A program made the translations under genes and the position numbers. Source: Oopsacas minuta (lineage: Eukaryota > Animalia > Porifera). Taken from it: a DNA stretch of 64,000 nt. Below, piece after piece: positions 1 to 10,590 of this stretch. Every line of letters begins with the position of its first letter. Position 1 is the first letter of the stretch. Below the pieces are notes generated by a model. The model was not told the DNA's origin and did not search any database. It saw only the letters and a list, made by a program, of their open reading frames with translations. The stretch lies in contig JAKMXF010000088.1 of assembly GCA_024704765.1 (NCBI GenBank), positions 124,001 through 188,000 of the forward strand, in the 5' to 3' direction.

Positions 1-615
1 ACGTATACGTGTAGTTGATCAATCGCAATACCCCAAGGACATTTCAATTTTTGTTCACCAAAATGTTTGAGTAGAATTCCGTTCTCATCGAATATCTGAA
101 TTCCACTGTGAGTATGCTCTGCTACAAATATTTGATTGGTTATGTTATCGATTGCTATTCCGAATGGAAGGATATTTTCGATTGCACCTACTGCTATTTG
201 TGATTGGAATGCTGCATAGTTTGTTTTCACACCTCTTCGCTCGACAGTATCCCCGAAATTACAAATACATTCCTCAAGTTCAATACGGTTGCATTCAAAT
301 GACAAATGCGTTTCTACTAAAATGCTTTCTCTCAAAGCCAAAATCTTTTCTTCCAATTCTTCCACCATTCGGTTAGTCATTTCTTGAAACGAGTTTTCCT
401 TCAAATTTCCTTGCAACTGATTTTGGGCCTCAACTAACTGACGTACCTTTTCCATTCTTGTTCCTTCCGTGGATTGTTTATGTTGACTTTTTTCTCTGAA
501 CGAAGTTAAAAGCTCCATTCGCCGGGTATTCAGTAATTGTATATATTTATTGATTAGCGCATTTATCAACTCTTCAATGGGATTTTCATCCAATTTCCTG
601 CCATTTACTTCCAAT
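1..615 (-). pseudogene. Coiled-coil + NHL-repeat (TRIM-NHL-like, no RING seen) gene; runs off the left edge, with a frameshift near 480-500
   Basis: The minus strand reads ...EQEWKKVRQLVEAQNQLQGNLKEN...PFGIAIDNITNQIFVAEHTHSGIQIFDENGILLKHFGEQKLKCPWGIAIDQLHVY (NHL repeats) open to position 1. The upstream coiled-coil part (LDENPIEELINALINKYIQLLNTRRMELL) is in another frame. It is missing from the ORF track because it is truncated by the window edge. Confidence 0.75.
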
Positions 616-1077
616 AGTCACTGATTATGTACGTGTATTCGTGTACAGGAATAATAGTTGAGATTTTATATATCTTTATCAAGGGCTATTGATTACACAA
701 GCTAAGTGCTTACGCAATAATAACTGATATTTTGTTACTTGATCGAGATGTGTGGGTGGATATCATGTCATTCTAAGGTGTGAAACTGAATCTTTAAAAA
801 CATTACGAATGAAATTTGTTAAAATATCCGTGTTTTGCAAAACAGTGTATCCTCCAACACCAACAGGTCCAAATCTATCCAGAGTAATACCAATTGAATA
901 ACATTGTAGGGACCAGATTGTTTATAATTTCAGGGTGCATCTGAGGGGTATTATTTGATCTGACACAATGTGACACTTTCAATTTTGTAATAAATAGTCT
1001 TATGTTATACAAGTAGTACAGTATATGATTTTTTAACAAAAATGTATTTTAGCAACATTTCATAAATTCAATTTTAG

Positions 1078-2404
1078 AGCGTACACTTCTCATTTCCAGA
1101 TTGTGGGACTATTCCACCTCCGGTTGTCATGGTGCAGAATGTGAGCTTTAGGTATGCAGACGATCAACCATGGATTTACAAAGATTTAGATTTTGGGATA
1201 GATCTGGAAACAAGAGTTGCGCTCGTGGGGCCGAATGGTGTCGGCAAGTCGACACTTTTGAAACTTCTAGAGGGAGAACTGACTGTGACTGAGGGTATGA
1301 TAAGGCGACACAATCACTTAAAAATAGGTCGATACCATCAACACCTCAAGGAGTGGCTGGATCTCTCTGAAAGTGCTGTTACACATTTACTAAAATGTTT
1401 TCCTGATACAGGTAGATGTCATTCTTTATAAGGGGCCTCTGTTATATTGTTTCAGCTACGCATTATGTCCATCTAAGCATACAGGCGAGCGGTCAATTCA
1501 TGGAAATATTCCAATGACTCTACTTCTAAATATGTGTAATTAGTCGTGTTAAAGGAGGTCTGTTACTACTATTCACTCGTTAGTTAGTAAATATATTGTG
1601 TAGTTATTCATGTGACAGGTGAACTTGATATAGAGCTGAAACAAATTTCTAACTAACAGTAGCTTTATTCTTATTTGTTGTTTACTTGCTTACTTGTAAG
1701 CAGGTGGAGAAGAAGCAATGAAAAGAGCGCTAGGACAATTCGGACTTACAGGTAAACAACAAATATGTCCCATGCAGAATCTAAGTGAAGGACAGCGGTG
1801 TCGAGTGGTATTCGCCTGGCTTAGTTGGAATAGTCCTCACTTGTTACTGCTGGATGAGCCTACTAATCATCTTGATATGGAGACTATTGATGCATTGGCT
1901 GAAGCTGTCAATGGATTTCCAGGAGGCCAGTTTGTTTGTTTGTTTGATCAGGCAATTTTGACCCGATACTGATTTAATTAAGGTGTTGTTCCCATTAACT
2001 GGAACTAATTAACACGCTTTGCATAATTATTTTTCTACTGTAAAGTACTCCTGTTATATCTATCACGAATATATCGAATACCCGCTTATATTGAGGTGTT
2101 AAGTGTACAAATATGGTCCCAAACCGTCAAAGTAACATATTTCATCGGTAATATCTAATTATCACGGGTCCTTTCAGCTTAGATTTAGCAGGAGTTAATT
2201 GTATTTTCAATTTCATGTTTAGGTATGGTTCTTGTCAGTCATGATTTCAGACTTATTAGTCAAGTAAACTGTGAAGTTTGGGTCTGTCAGGACAGCAGAG
2301 TAGAGAAATGGGAGGGAGACGTTCTCAGCTACAAGTAATACCTCCAAGATAAGATGAAGCCGCCTAAAAAATCCAAGAAAAAGAATGTCTCAAAGAAGAA
2401 TTGA
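1078..2404 (+). CDS. ABCF2: ABC-F family ATPase (ABCF2-like), last three exons 1078-1411, 1704-1925 and 2223-2338 (second ABC domain); in-frame TAA at 2336-2338 with an open K-rich tail to TGA 2402-2404
   Basis: [23 protein letters not shown], Walker A GPNGVGKS, signature LSEGQRCRV, Walker [12 protein letters not shown] and [15 protein letters not shown]. Exon phases are consistent (1,1). The second intron is GC-AG (GAG|GCCAGT at 1926). The 5' exons lie outside the window. Confidence 0.92.
2040..2201 (+). mobile_element. Tc1/pogo-type MITE family A, copy in an ABCF2 intron
   Basis: Shares the core GTACAAATATGGTCCCAAACCGTCAAAGTAAC and the CAGTTAACTCCTG-like termini with copies at 4672-4821, 5170-5294, 5533-5667 and 6051-6218; TA-like flanks. 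Confidence 0.75.
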
Positions 2405-2616
2405 TAATCGAGGTTTTTAGGAGAAATTATGTATAATATTAGGGAAATGTATTCTGATAGTTGAATTATTAAGTCATGGTCACTTTGGTCACTGAGATTA
2501 TATTCACATAAACAATGACATCATAAGCATGCCCTTATATGGACTTTAATTTCGGACATTTTGACCTATAATTTTTTGACACTTTGTTTACTTCTATATA
2601 TTAGCTGAGTGTAGAA

Positions 2617-3540
2617 ATGTCTTGTTTCAACCAATTCCTAGGATATCACATTATCTCTATTCTAACCGTTGCCATAGCAACGTATATTCTCTCAGGAGTG
2701 GGACCATTAATCTATCTGGCATCAGGGGGTAGGCCTCAAACAAAGGAGGGGGCTTCACAACAACAGCTCGGACGAGTTTGTTCGTAAATCCTCCGACTTA
2801 ACTAATGATAATAAAGAATATAAGCTAAAGATTACAAAATCAAGTTTTTTAATCTAAAGTAGTCAAAATATATGTTGTTATTCCTTAACATAAGTCCATT
2901 CATAACACTTGACTTTATATCTGTCACTGGCGTGTCTTTTTGTTGACATCTTGATATATTTCTACTATTAATTAGATATTATATCTACTATAAATTACGT
3001 AAAATCATTATATCAAAAAATTGAATATAATCATATCTTTTAAACAAGAACAACAAATAAGATGGAGAAAACATACCCTTTTCTTTTTTCCTCCGACGAG
3101 GTTCAGTGGCGCACCGACTGGGGGCTCCATGGAGCCCCCTTCAAATACGCCCCTGTCTGGCATTCATTGAGATTACAGAAATACCGATTAATCTAATTTT
3201 AGTATCAATCGGCTCGATTCTACTGGGTGTAGTCGGTTGTATTGCCCTATTAGGAACTATATGTGAGAACAAGAGTATCCAGCAAGACTTAGTTCCAATT
3301 TGCTGGCTATTATACTCGTTTCTAAACTGTATAGCGTTCTTTTTTGGACTAGCGGAGATTTCTTATATTATTAAAGCTTATAACACGGAACAAACTGCAG
3401 TAATTGTTCTACCTATCACTGCAATAATAACAGTATTAACTGTAATAGTTACCTTGCTATCTTTTACAATACATCTACTATACAGATACCCAAAGGTGTT
3501 TGAAATGAAACCAAAGAGAAGAGTAGCCCCCGGCTTATGA
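2617..3540 (+). CDS. Four-transmembrane tetraspanin-like protein interrupted by a hAT MITE (about 160 aa after removing the insert)
   Basis: ATG 2617 gives MSCFNQFLGYHIISILTVAIATYILSGVGPLIYLA. Removing 2723-3163 (element plus one TSD) joins in frame to FIEITEIPINLILVSIGSILLGVVGCIALLGTICENK...; four hydrophobic segments. Confidence 0.75.
2723..3155. mobile_element. Non-autonomous hAT-type MITE, 433 bp
   Basis: Perfect 8-bp TSD TCTGGCAT at 2715-2722 and 3156-3163. Ends are CAGGGGGTA... and ...TACGCCCCTG (imperfect TIR). Confidence 0.88.
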
Positions 3541-4205
3541 AGAGGTTAAGAGTGCTCCCCCACCATCTTATGAAGAGGTGTTGGTAGTACACAATTAATT
3601 TGTGTTGTTTGTTGTTTATTTCCCTCGAATTTTTCATGATTGATTGTTCGGAAAATATTTGTCAAACTTGCATTTGATTTACTACAGTAGACTCCCCTTA
3701 ATAGAACTACCGGTTACTCGTGTCAACACCTTTATTCTGCTTAATCGGGTCCCGACGTGACTCTATCAAGCAAAGTTTACTGTGTTTTATTTCCAATTTA
3801 AAATTAATAGAATTTAATAGAATAAAGCGCTATAATGTAGGCTAACTATATTGTTTAAGTTTCAGTTCCAGTTTGTAGGGAGGCAAGATTGATTTGGGCG
3901 CCACATTTTATCTGTATAGAGTTCCGTCCACAGATTGGACTAATTGATCCGCCCTTGGGCAGATGGTAGGAAGGTGTTATGCCCTCTCGAGTCCAAAGAA
4001 TTTCGTTCTCGTTTGGTGTTTTAACATTTTTTATTCGCTGCTTATTGTCGAGTTGTCTTTTGTTGTCTGCTATGATCATTTTCTCGATCAGCTGTTCCTT
4101 TTCAGCTACTCTAATTGATTGTATCTACAAAATATTTAAATTGCAATAGCATTCTTTGTTAATTGGCGCCAGAATTCGAAGTTGTCACCTACCAAAAATA
4201 TATGA

Positions 4206-4338
4206 CAAGTGGCGGTCCCAGGAATTCAACCTTGGGAGAAAATTTTTATTATACAATATGCAGTGAGGATCTGGTAGACTCGGGGCAGTATTATTAAATC
4301 CGGGGAATATACCCCAGTTCCCACCTGGGACGCCAGTG
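4206..4338. mobile_element. Small hAT-type MITE in the last LRRIQ3 intron
   Basis: Inverted termini (A)GTGGCGGTCCCAGG ... CCTGGGACGCCAGTG; it explains the spurious ORF 4185-4379. Confidence 0.6.
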
Positions 4339-4671
4339 TTAAGTGTCAGCCAAGCACTTATATAACCTCTGGAACTCAAAATACATACAAACTTTTCTTG
4401 TTCTGTCGATGGATTTTTGTAGAATTTTATGAATTGATTGCTTCTCAGTATTTTTGGCTTTCTCGACTTGCAATCTTTTTTTAGTGATTTCTTTTAAAAT
4501 TTTGAATTTTTTTTCATCGCTTAGCAACAGTTTAGCTTCTTTGGTATTTGAGCTATTTATAGTAGCTTCTATTAGTTTTGCACGTTTCTCTTTAGCTTGT
4601 AGTTGGTGTTCTCTAGCTGTTTGTACTCGGAGCTTGTTAGCCTCTGCTTCTTCTAACTAAAGAAATAGTAT

Positions 4672-6218
4672 CAGTCAACTCCTGTTTTATCTATACTCAA
4701 GGGACAGTGATAATTACTCAGATATAACCGATGGAAGAGGTGTTACTTTGACGGTTTGGGACCATATTTGTACAATATCACACCTCGATATATCCGTGTT
4801 AGATATAACAGGTGATGACTGTAATTTATTGTAATACAAATTTTTGCACCGGAAAATTTTCGAAATTTTGATTTCTAACTTTGATTCTATCCGAGAATTC
4901 CTTGTTTTCCTCAAATTTCCTTCTTCCCAGCTGGTTCAGTGTATCTCGAGATTTTTCACGCCACACTTCAGCACCTATCTTCCCCAGCTGAGATTGTTCT
5001 TTAATCTTCTCAACATTTTCTCGTCTTTCCTTAAATTCCTTTTGCCTATTCTTGTTTCCAGCTGCACGCTTCATTATACACTCCAATTGACGGACATTCA
5101 TAGGTGGGTCTGTTGAAATTCCTAAAAGTATAATATATTTATTTCCCAGATAACGCAAGAATTCTAATACAGTCAATTCATGTAATATCGAAGCTCAAGG
5201 GACCGCGGTGATTACTTCGATGGAATATTTGTTACTTTGACGGTTCAGGGCCATATTTGTACCATTTAACACTTCGATATAACGGAGCTGACTGCCAACA
5301 AAAATACCTTCTGGTGGTTTCTTGAGGATTTTCTGTACATTACTTTTAGAATAGAACCTCTGTAAGTCGTGTATATCCTCCGCTGCTTGTCTGATCTATA
5401 ATACAATCATATATACAGATAGATTACCCCATAGCTCATAGAGATAATACAGCCCAGATGGTCTGGATTTATTCTGTGTTTTAGTGTTTGTTCATTTATC
5501 AAAAGAATTTTGCCTTTTATCATCTCAAAATACAGTTAACTCCCGTAATATCGAAGTGTTAAATTGTACAAATATGGTCCCAAACCCTCAAAGTAACAAA
5601 TAATCCATCGGTTATATTGAATTAATTACTACGGGCCCTTAACCTTAGATATAACAGGAGTGGACTGTATGTCTTAAAAATTGGTATTTCCCGTCCGAAG
5701 CGGTATAGTTACCAAATATGTACATAGGAATGTGTAGCTTACCTCTGTTCCTGTATCTCGCCGATTAAACAACATCTCTCTATACAAATCCAGTGATATG
5801 ATCGGTTCCCGTCTACTAACTAATCCATACTGGTCTCTAAACACTACACTACTGACGTCATCATATTGTGACGTAGTTTCTGATATATTCATTGAGCCTT
5901 GGGATAACCTCCGTAGACGTTTTCTATGTTTATTACTTGAAGATCTAAGAAAAACAGTATTATTATATTACGTCCTGAACGTCCATTACCAATTGTTCCT
6001 CTGGATTGTTGTATGTACTTCTTTGAAGTTCATACACATACGCAGTTATACATTCAACTCTGGTTATATCTAACACGGATATATAGAAATACCCGCTAAT
6101 ACCGAAGTGTTAAATTATACAAATATGGTCCCAAACCGTCAGAGTAACATATACTCCATCGGTTATACCTCAGTAATTATCCCGGCCCCTTTAGCCTCGA
6201 TATAACAGGAGTTAACTG
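4672..6218. mobile_element. Four copies of MITE family A (4672-4821 and 5170-5294 reverse; 5533-5667 and 6051-6218 forward), one per intron of LRRIQ3
   Basis: Shared internal core and CAGT(T/C)AACTCC...GGAG(T/C)TGACTG-type termini. Each copy lies wholly inside a predicted intron. Confidence 0.78.
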
Positions 6219-7294
6219 TATTTGAAGTTTTATTATTCTAGAATCCGTAAATTACTTGTAAAGATGCCCAAAAGTTGGAGCACTTGCGTTTAGAAGTCTC
6301 CAAGAATTCGATTTTAATTTCTGTAGCTGAAGGAACATTGCATATGTACGACTGTATCTCTTAGCAACGTGATCTGATGTTATGGAATGTGAAGTTAGCG
6401 TCGACACTGTCTTCCCAGATTGAGATCCTTGCGAGAACTTTCTTTCAAAGCGACGAATTGATTGGTTCTGCAGCTTGCGATTGATACTCGTAGCTAAAAT
6501 TAGATTTCAATATTTACACATTTTAATATTCACTCCTATTTTAACAACTTGAAAAAAACTTTCCAAATCAGGTGTGTATCTAGGTGTTTGGCGCAAAATT
6601 CCTGGAAAAACCCCTGTTTCTAATATTGTGAGTACAATTACCTAATTTTGAAAAATCTATATTGGTCTGTTCCAAGAGAGGGGGCAGAAATGTGGTCTGA
6701 GCTGTAGGAGGAGGAGCTTGTAATGCCTTCAACATAAACCAATATGATGGATCTTTCATATTTGGCATATTTGACGGTTTCCATGGAAATGGTCGAAACC
6801 ACTTATATAAGTTGTGTTTGATTCTGTTTAGGATAATCCCAGTTTCAATTGGAATATTCTTTCTTACCAACCAACCTCTGACATGCCTAAAGATCATATA
6901 TGTATATTTTAACACCTTTTAAGCATATTTCAAATGAATACATTCAGAAAAATTATTTTCAACAAATATTACCTTTGAAGAATTAAGACAGGTGATAATT
7001 TTGCCATTTTCCTCTTGACAACGGTTAGAAGATTAGATATGTGTTTGTTTGCTATTTCATAACTCCATACGGGATTAAAGGGTTGATAGAGTTGTAGAAA
7101 ATAGGATTCTGACATTGCGGCGAATGGTGTGTCGTATAAATCCAAATCCTATACGGTTATAATTTCAAAACTTGTATTGAAATCTATGAGGTGTTATACA
7201 ATGTGTTAAATGGTGTCTACGTGTTAAGTAATAGAAAATTTAATAAACATTTTGTTTTGTTAGTTATGATAATTTCTACAAAATAAATACATAA

Positions 7295-8539
7295 TTAGAA
7301 GAATTGTAGTGCGTGAGAATTGTTAGCCTCAACTACAACAATACGACCCTCCTCGTTAATGTCAATGCCATGAGGACCGTAGACTTCTCCTGGTCCTTTC
7401 CCTTTATGTCCAATAGTAGCTACAATATGTCCCTCTATAGAGATTATTTTAATGTTATCAGCTCCAAAGCTACTAACTATAATGTTCTGGTGTCTGTCTA
7501 GACAGATATGGATAGGATTAGTGAGTAATTCCTGTGACGCAATCACTTGAAAGAGGTTCTCATCTCTTGAAAATAAGTGTATGGGATAGTCACACTTCCT
7601 AAACAGGACTACGAATAGAGATGGAGTTGTTCTTAGGTCCCAGAGCTGTGTGTCTTTTCTTATGTGAGGAGAGTTAAGTGCTATTTTCTTGATTAAACTC
7701 AAATCCTCCAAACTGTGATGAGATATGTGATTAACTTCACAGATTCCTGCATACAGTATATCTACGTCAGCTGTAATACAGGATATGGAATCCTCTGTTT
7801 CTATTTAACACATTATTTCCCCTGACACCTTATCCAGCTTGAGGACATTATCTGAGAGTGAATATCTAACAAACAGCTGATGAGGTGTTACAGCTATATC
7901 AGAAGGACATAATATTCCTTGTTCCTTAATGGTCCTCTTATAAGAACCATCTTTACAGAACACCTGAATCCTATGAACCATATAATCACATATATAAATA
8001 TCTCCGTTCTCTCTATCTATTGAGAGACCACTAGCATAAGATATCTCATCACTTCCTCTTCCTCGATTGACGCCAGACCACACTGGTTTGTGTCTGTTCA
8101 CGTAGGACACTCCCTCAACCACGTGACACAATCCTCCCGTGCCACCTTCCAACCACTCGTCATGCCATTCGAGCCACACAGATGGAATCCGGTCAACAAT
8201 CGCCTCCAGTCCTTGTATTTTCTGGTCCAACTCTCTTGACAGATTTTCAAGAGTTTCATTCAACTCATTATGCACCAAATTTTGTGTAACCTCAGCTTTT
8301 GTGATTAGCAGCTGATCCAATTGGTTATGTCTGTCCACCACTTTAGCCTCTGCCACACGGACCACTTCATCTAGTTGTACCTCCATTTCTAGATGTTTCT
8401 CCTGTAGCACACGGAAATAGAACTTAAATCTGGCTCGGAGTTCCTGTTTCGCCATCAACACCTCTCTCCTAAGCCTTTCCAACTCTCTACCTGTCTCTTC
8501 ATGCATCCCAGCGCCAAATTCAGTTGCCATGTTACTCAA
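7295..8539 (-). pseudogene. Coiled-coil + NHL/6-bladed beta-propeller protein (414 codons), interrupted by one in-frame TAA at 7805-7807; nested in LRRIQ3 intron 2
   Basis: ORFs 7805-8539 and 7295-7711 are the same frame, joined by ...GEIMC*IETEDSISCITADVDILYAG...; NHL motifs SGLSIDRENGDIYICDYMVHRIQVF and GPHGIDINEEGRIVVVEANNSH. Confidence 0.85.
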
Positions 8540-8859
8540 AATATTTATTGTAAGATATCACTAGTCACTATTCTTATACTCTTTGATGCAACTTAACTAC
8601 TATACTATCTGGATACACTACAGAACATTCTGTAACACTTACAGGTAGTCACTGATCTCTCTAACATACACTACACACTCTAGCAACCAAATCATTCATA
8701 GATATGTTAACCACATTCCATCAGGTACTGCATAGCAACAATACAATATGTTGTGAGGTTAATTTCAAAAGAAAATTAATTAATTATAATTTCAGCTGCA
8801 TTTTGTAAGAAACCTCAAATTAATTTATTTTCAAATTTTCCCATTTATTTAGCATTTTA

Positions 8860-9125
8860 AGACTACTGTTAGATGGAAACTTGTTTCAACTTCATCACCT
8901 GCATTAAGTTTACCTGTCACATGAATAACTACACAATATATTTACTAACTAACGGGTGAATAGTAGTAACAGACCTCCTTTAACACGATTAATTAACATA
9001 TTTAGAAGTAGAGTCATTGAAATATTTCCATGAATTGGACACTATAATTACGTCATAAATAATGAAATAGGAATTGGCCGCTTGCCTGCATGCTTAGATG
9101 GACATAATGTGTAGCTGAAGTATAT
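8860..9125 (-). repeat. Interspersed repeat, inverted copy of about 1450-1670
   Basis: Both loci share CAGCTAC(A/G)CATTATGTCCATCTAAGCAT and GTGTTAAAGGAGGTCTGTTACTACTATTCAC...TTATTCATGTGACAGGT. Confidence 0.75.
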
Positions 9126-10189
9126 TTATCATTAACAACAGGGGACCAACTCACCTGAATAATTTCTTCATCTGAAATCAAATAAAAATCTATTCCTTCC
9201 AATGCCATGTGCCTATTGTTGTTATTCAAGCTCAAAGGTGTATCGTACAATTGACTATTCTCAACTTTGGAGCTCCGGTTAAGATGCCTAGACATTCCAA
9301 ATTAGCGATCGGGTTGTCATGGAGATATAAACCTCGAGGTATGTAAATCCACTCCAAAATAATTCTCCAGGAATGTGTTTAATTCGGTTCGAACTTGCGT
9401 CGATTATTTTTAAATTGGAGCATTTGAAAGTGGTTCTAGGTTAGCAACGAAATTTGAATGAAAAATGTAGATTTTTGGTTGTAAACATAGTGAAACTTGT
9501 GAAATATCGATCAGCTGTTGTTGAGAAATGTCCAAAAATAGAATTTGTAAATACAAACAATAAAAAACACAAATTTCTATTTATACTTTGCACTCACATC
9601 TTCCAATAATCTGATTGGTCCATCTCCAGCTGTTTTTCCTTTGGTTTTTAACAGAACCTCATCAGCTGATTTGAAGAATTTAATTTGTTTTAAACTGACA
9701 TGAATATCTGATCCACTTCCCCGACCACTTTGTGTTGACCCTGATCTGGACAATTTAGCTTCACTCATAAAGCTTTAACAAATAACTGAAAAATGTTGGG
9801 AACCATTGTCCTAATTGTATGGATGGCATATCTCGTTCGTTCGTTCGTTCGTCTTTCCGCACGATAATGGAATTTATGATTGACACGAATCGACCCTCAA
9901 TACAATTTTAACACATTTTGTGGACCTCCTGCTGTCCTCCGTGAACCGCAGGTTGGGAACCGTAGTCTATCTACAATTTCACGGAACAGGAATTAAATAA
10001 TATTTTCATCAAATACAATTAAAACCGATTTTAATGAATTGGCTTGTAAAATTTAATTATTTTGATTCATTTATTTTTAGATTTTGTAACCCAATCAGAT
10101 TCATGCTTTTCTTCTGACTTTCTTTCTTGATCTAGAAAATTATAAATACAAGTTTGAAAATATTTTGTGTTTTTGTATTTTAAATTTCG

Positions 10190-10590
10190 CATGTTTAATC
10201 CACCGCATTCCTATTGTTAGCCCGCCCAAAGGTGAAAATAATCACCTTTCCAATAATATCTTGCAGCGATTTTGTTATAGGTCTTATCACATCGAAATGC
10301 CCCCCTGAAAACGGATTATCATGGCATGTTCTCAGTACAGAAGACAATCTGCTAGCTTCTAATACTTATTTATCACCATGCATCAGTATTCCATTTATTA
10401 ATACATATGGTTTGACTCTCTGACGGAACTTCGATTTAGCATCAACTCGTTCATGAGGAAGAAGACAATAGATTTCTTTCGGATATTTGAGGCCTGAAGT
10501 TGTAGTAAAATACTTAATGAATATTAATATAATTCTGGTCATCCATTCCTTTCGAAATAATCTGGAATATTTTGACTTTACTGTCAACTA
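10190..10590 (-). mobile_element. Gypsy/Ty3 LTR retrotransposon pol remnant (linker + integrase H2C2 zinc-binding region)
   Basis: IKYFTTTSGLKYPKEIY...KSKFRQRVKPYVLINGILMHGDK*VLEASRLSSVLRTCHDNPFSGGHF, then a frameshift to DKTYNKIAARYYWKG. Confidence 0.8.

Larger units (their letters stand above)
3855..9768 (-). pseudogene. LRRIQ3: LRR + IQ-motif + coiled-coil protein, LRRIQ3 orthologue; 10 exons (9598-9768, 9155-9544, 6973-7148, 6642-6886, 6256-6493, 5743-5944, 5308-5395, 4880-5121, 4393-4656, 3855-4124), about 760 aa; exon 2 carries three 1-nt deletions
   Basis: LRR segment FWSGFTYLExLYLHDNPIANLECL...LYDTPLSL...DFYLISDEEIIQ and IQ segment KLSPVLILQRHVRGWLVRKN match my recollection of vertebrate LRRIQ3 (FWNGLKNLKLLYLHDN; ISDEEIIQ; SPVLIVQRWIRGFLVRKN). 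All GT-AG junctions from the exon 2 donor to exon 10 are phase-compatible. The aligned exon-2 acceptor reads CAA instead of CAG (an in-frame alternative AG lies at 9515-9516). Confidence 0.82.

Noticed and set aside
6252-7007. Stand-alone small IQ-motif gene, and a separate coiled-coil gene at 3855-5101
   Set aside because: Phase-compatible splice sites link both into the single LRRIQ3 model.
2336-7807. Alternative genetic code (TAA read as an amino acid), suggested by in-frame TAAs in ABCF2 and NHL-2
   Set aside because: COA4, PLEKHD1, the glyoxalase, AGO, both Rabs and the TALE gene all terminate at TAA at their expected ends.
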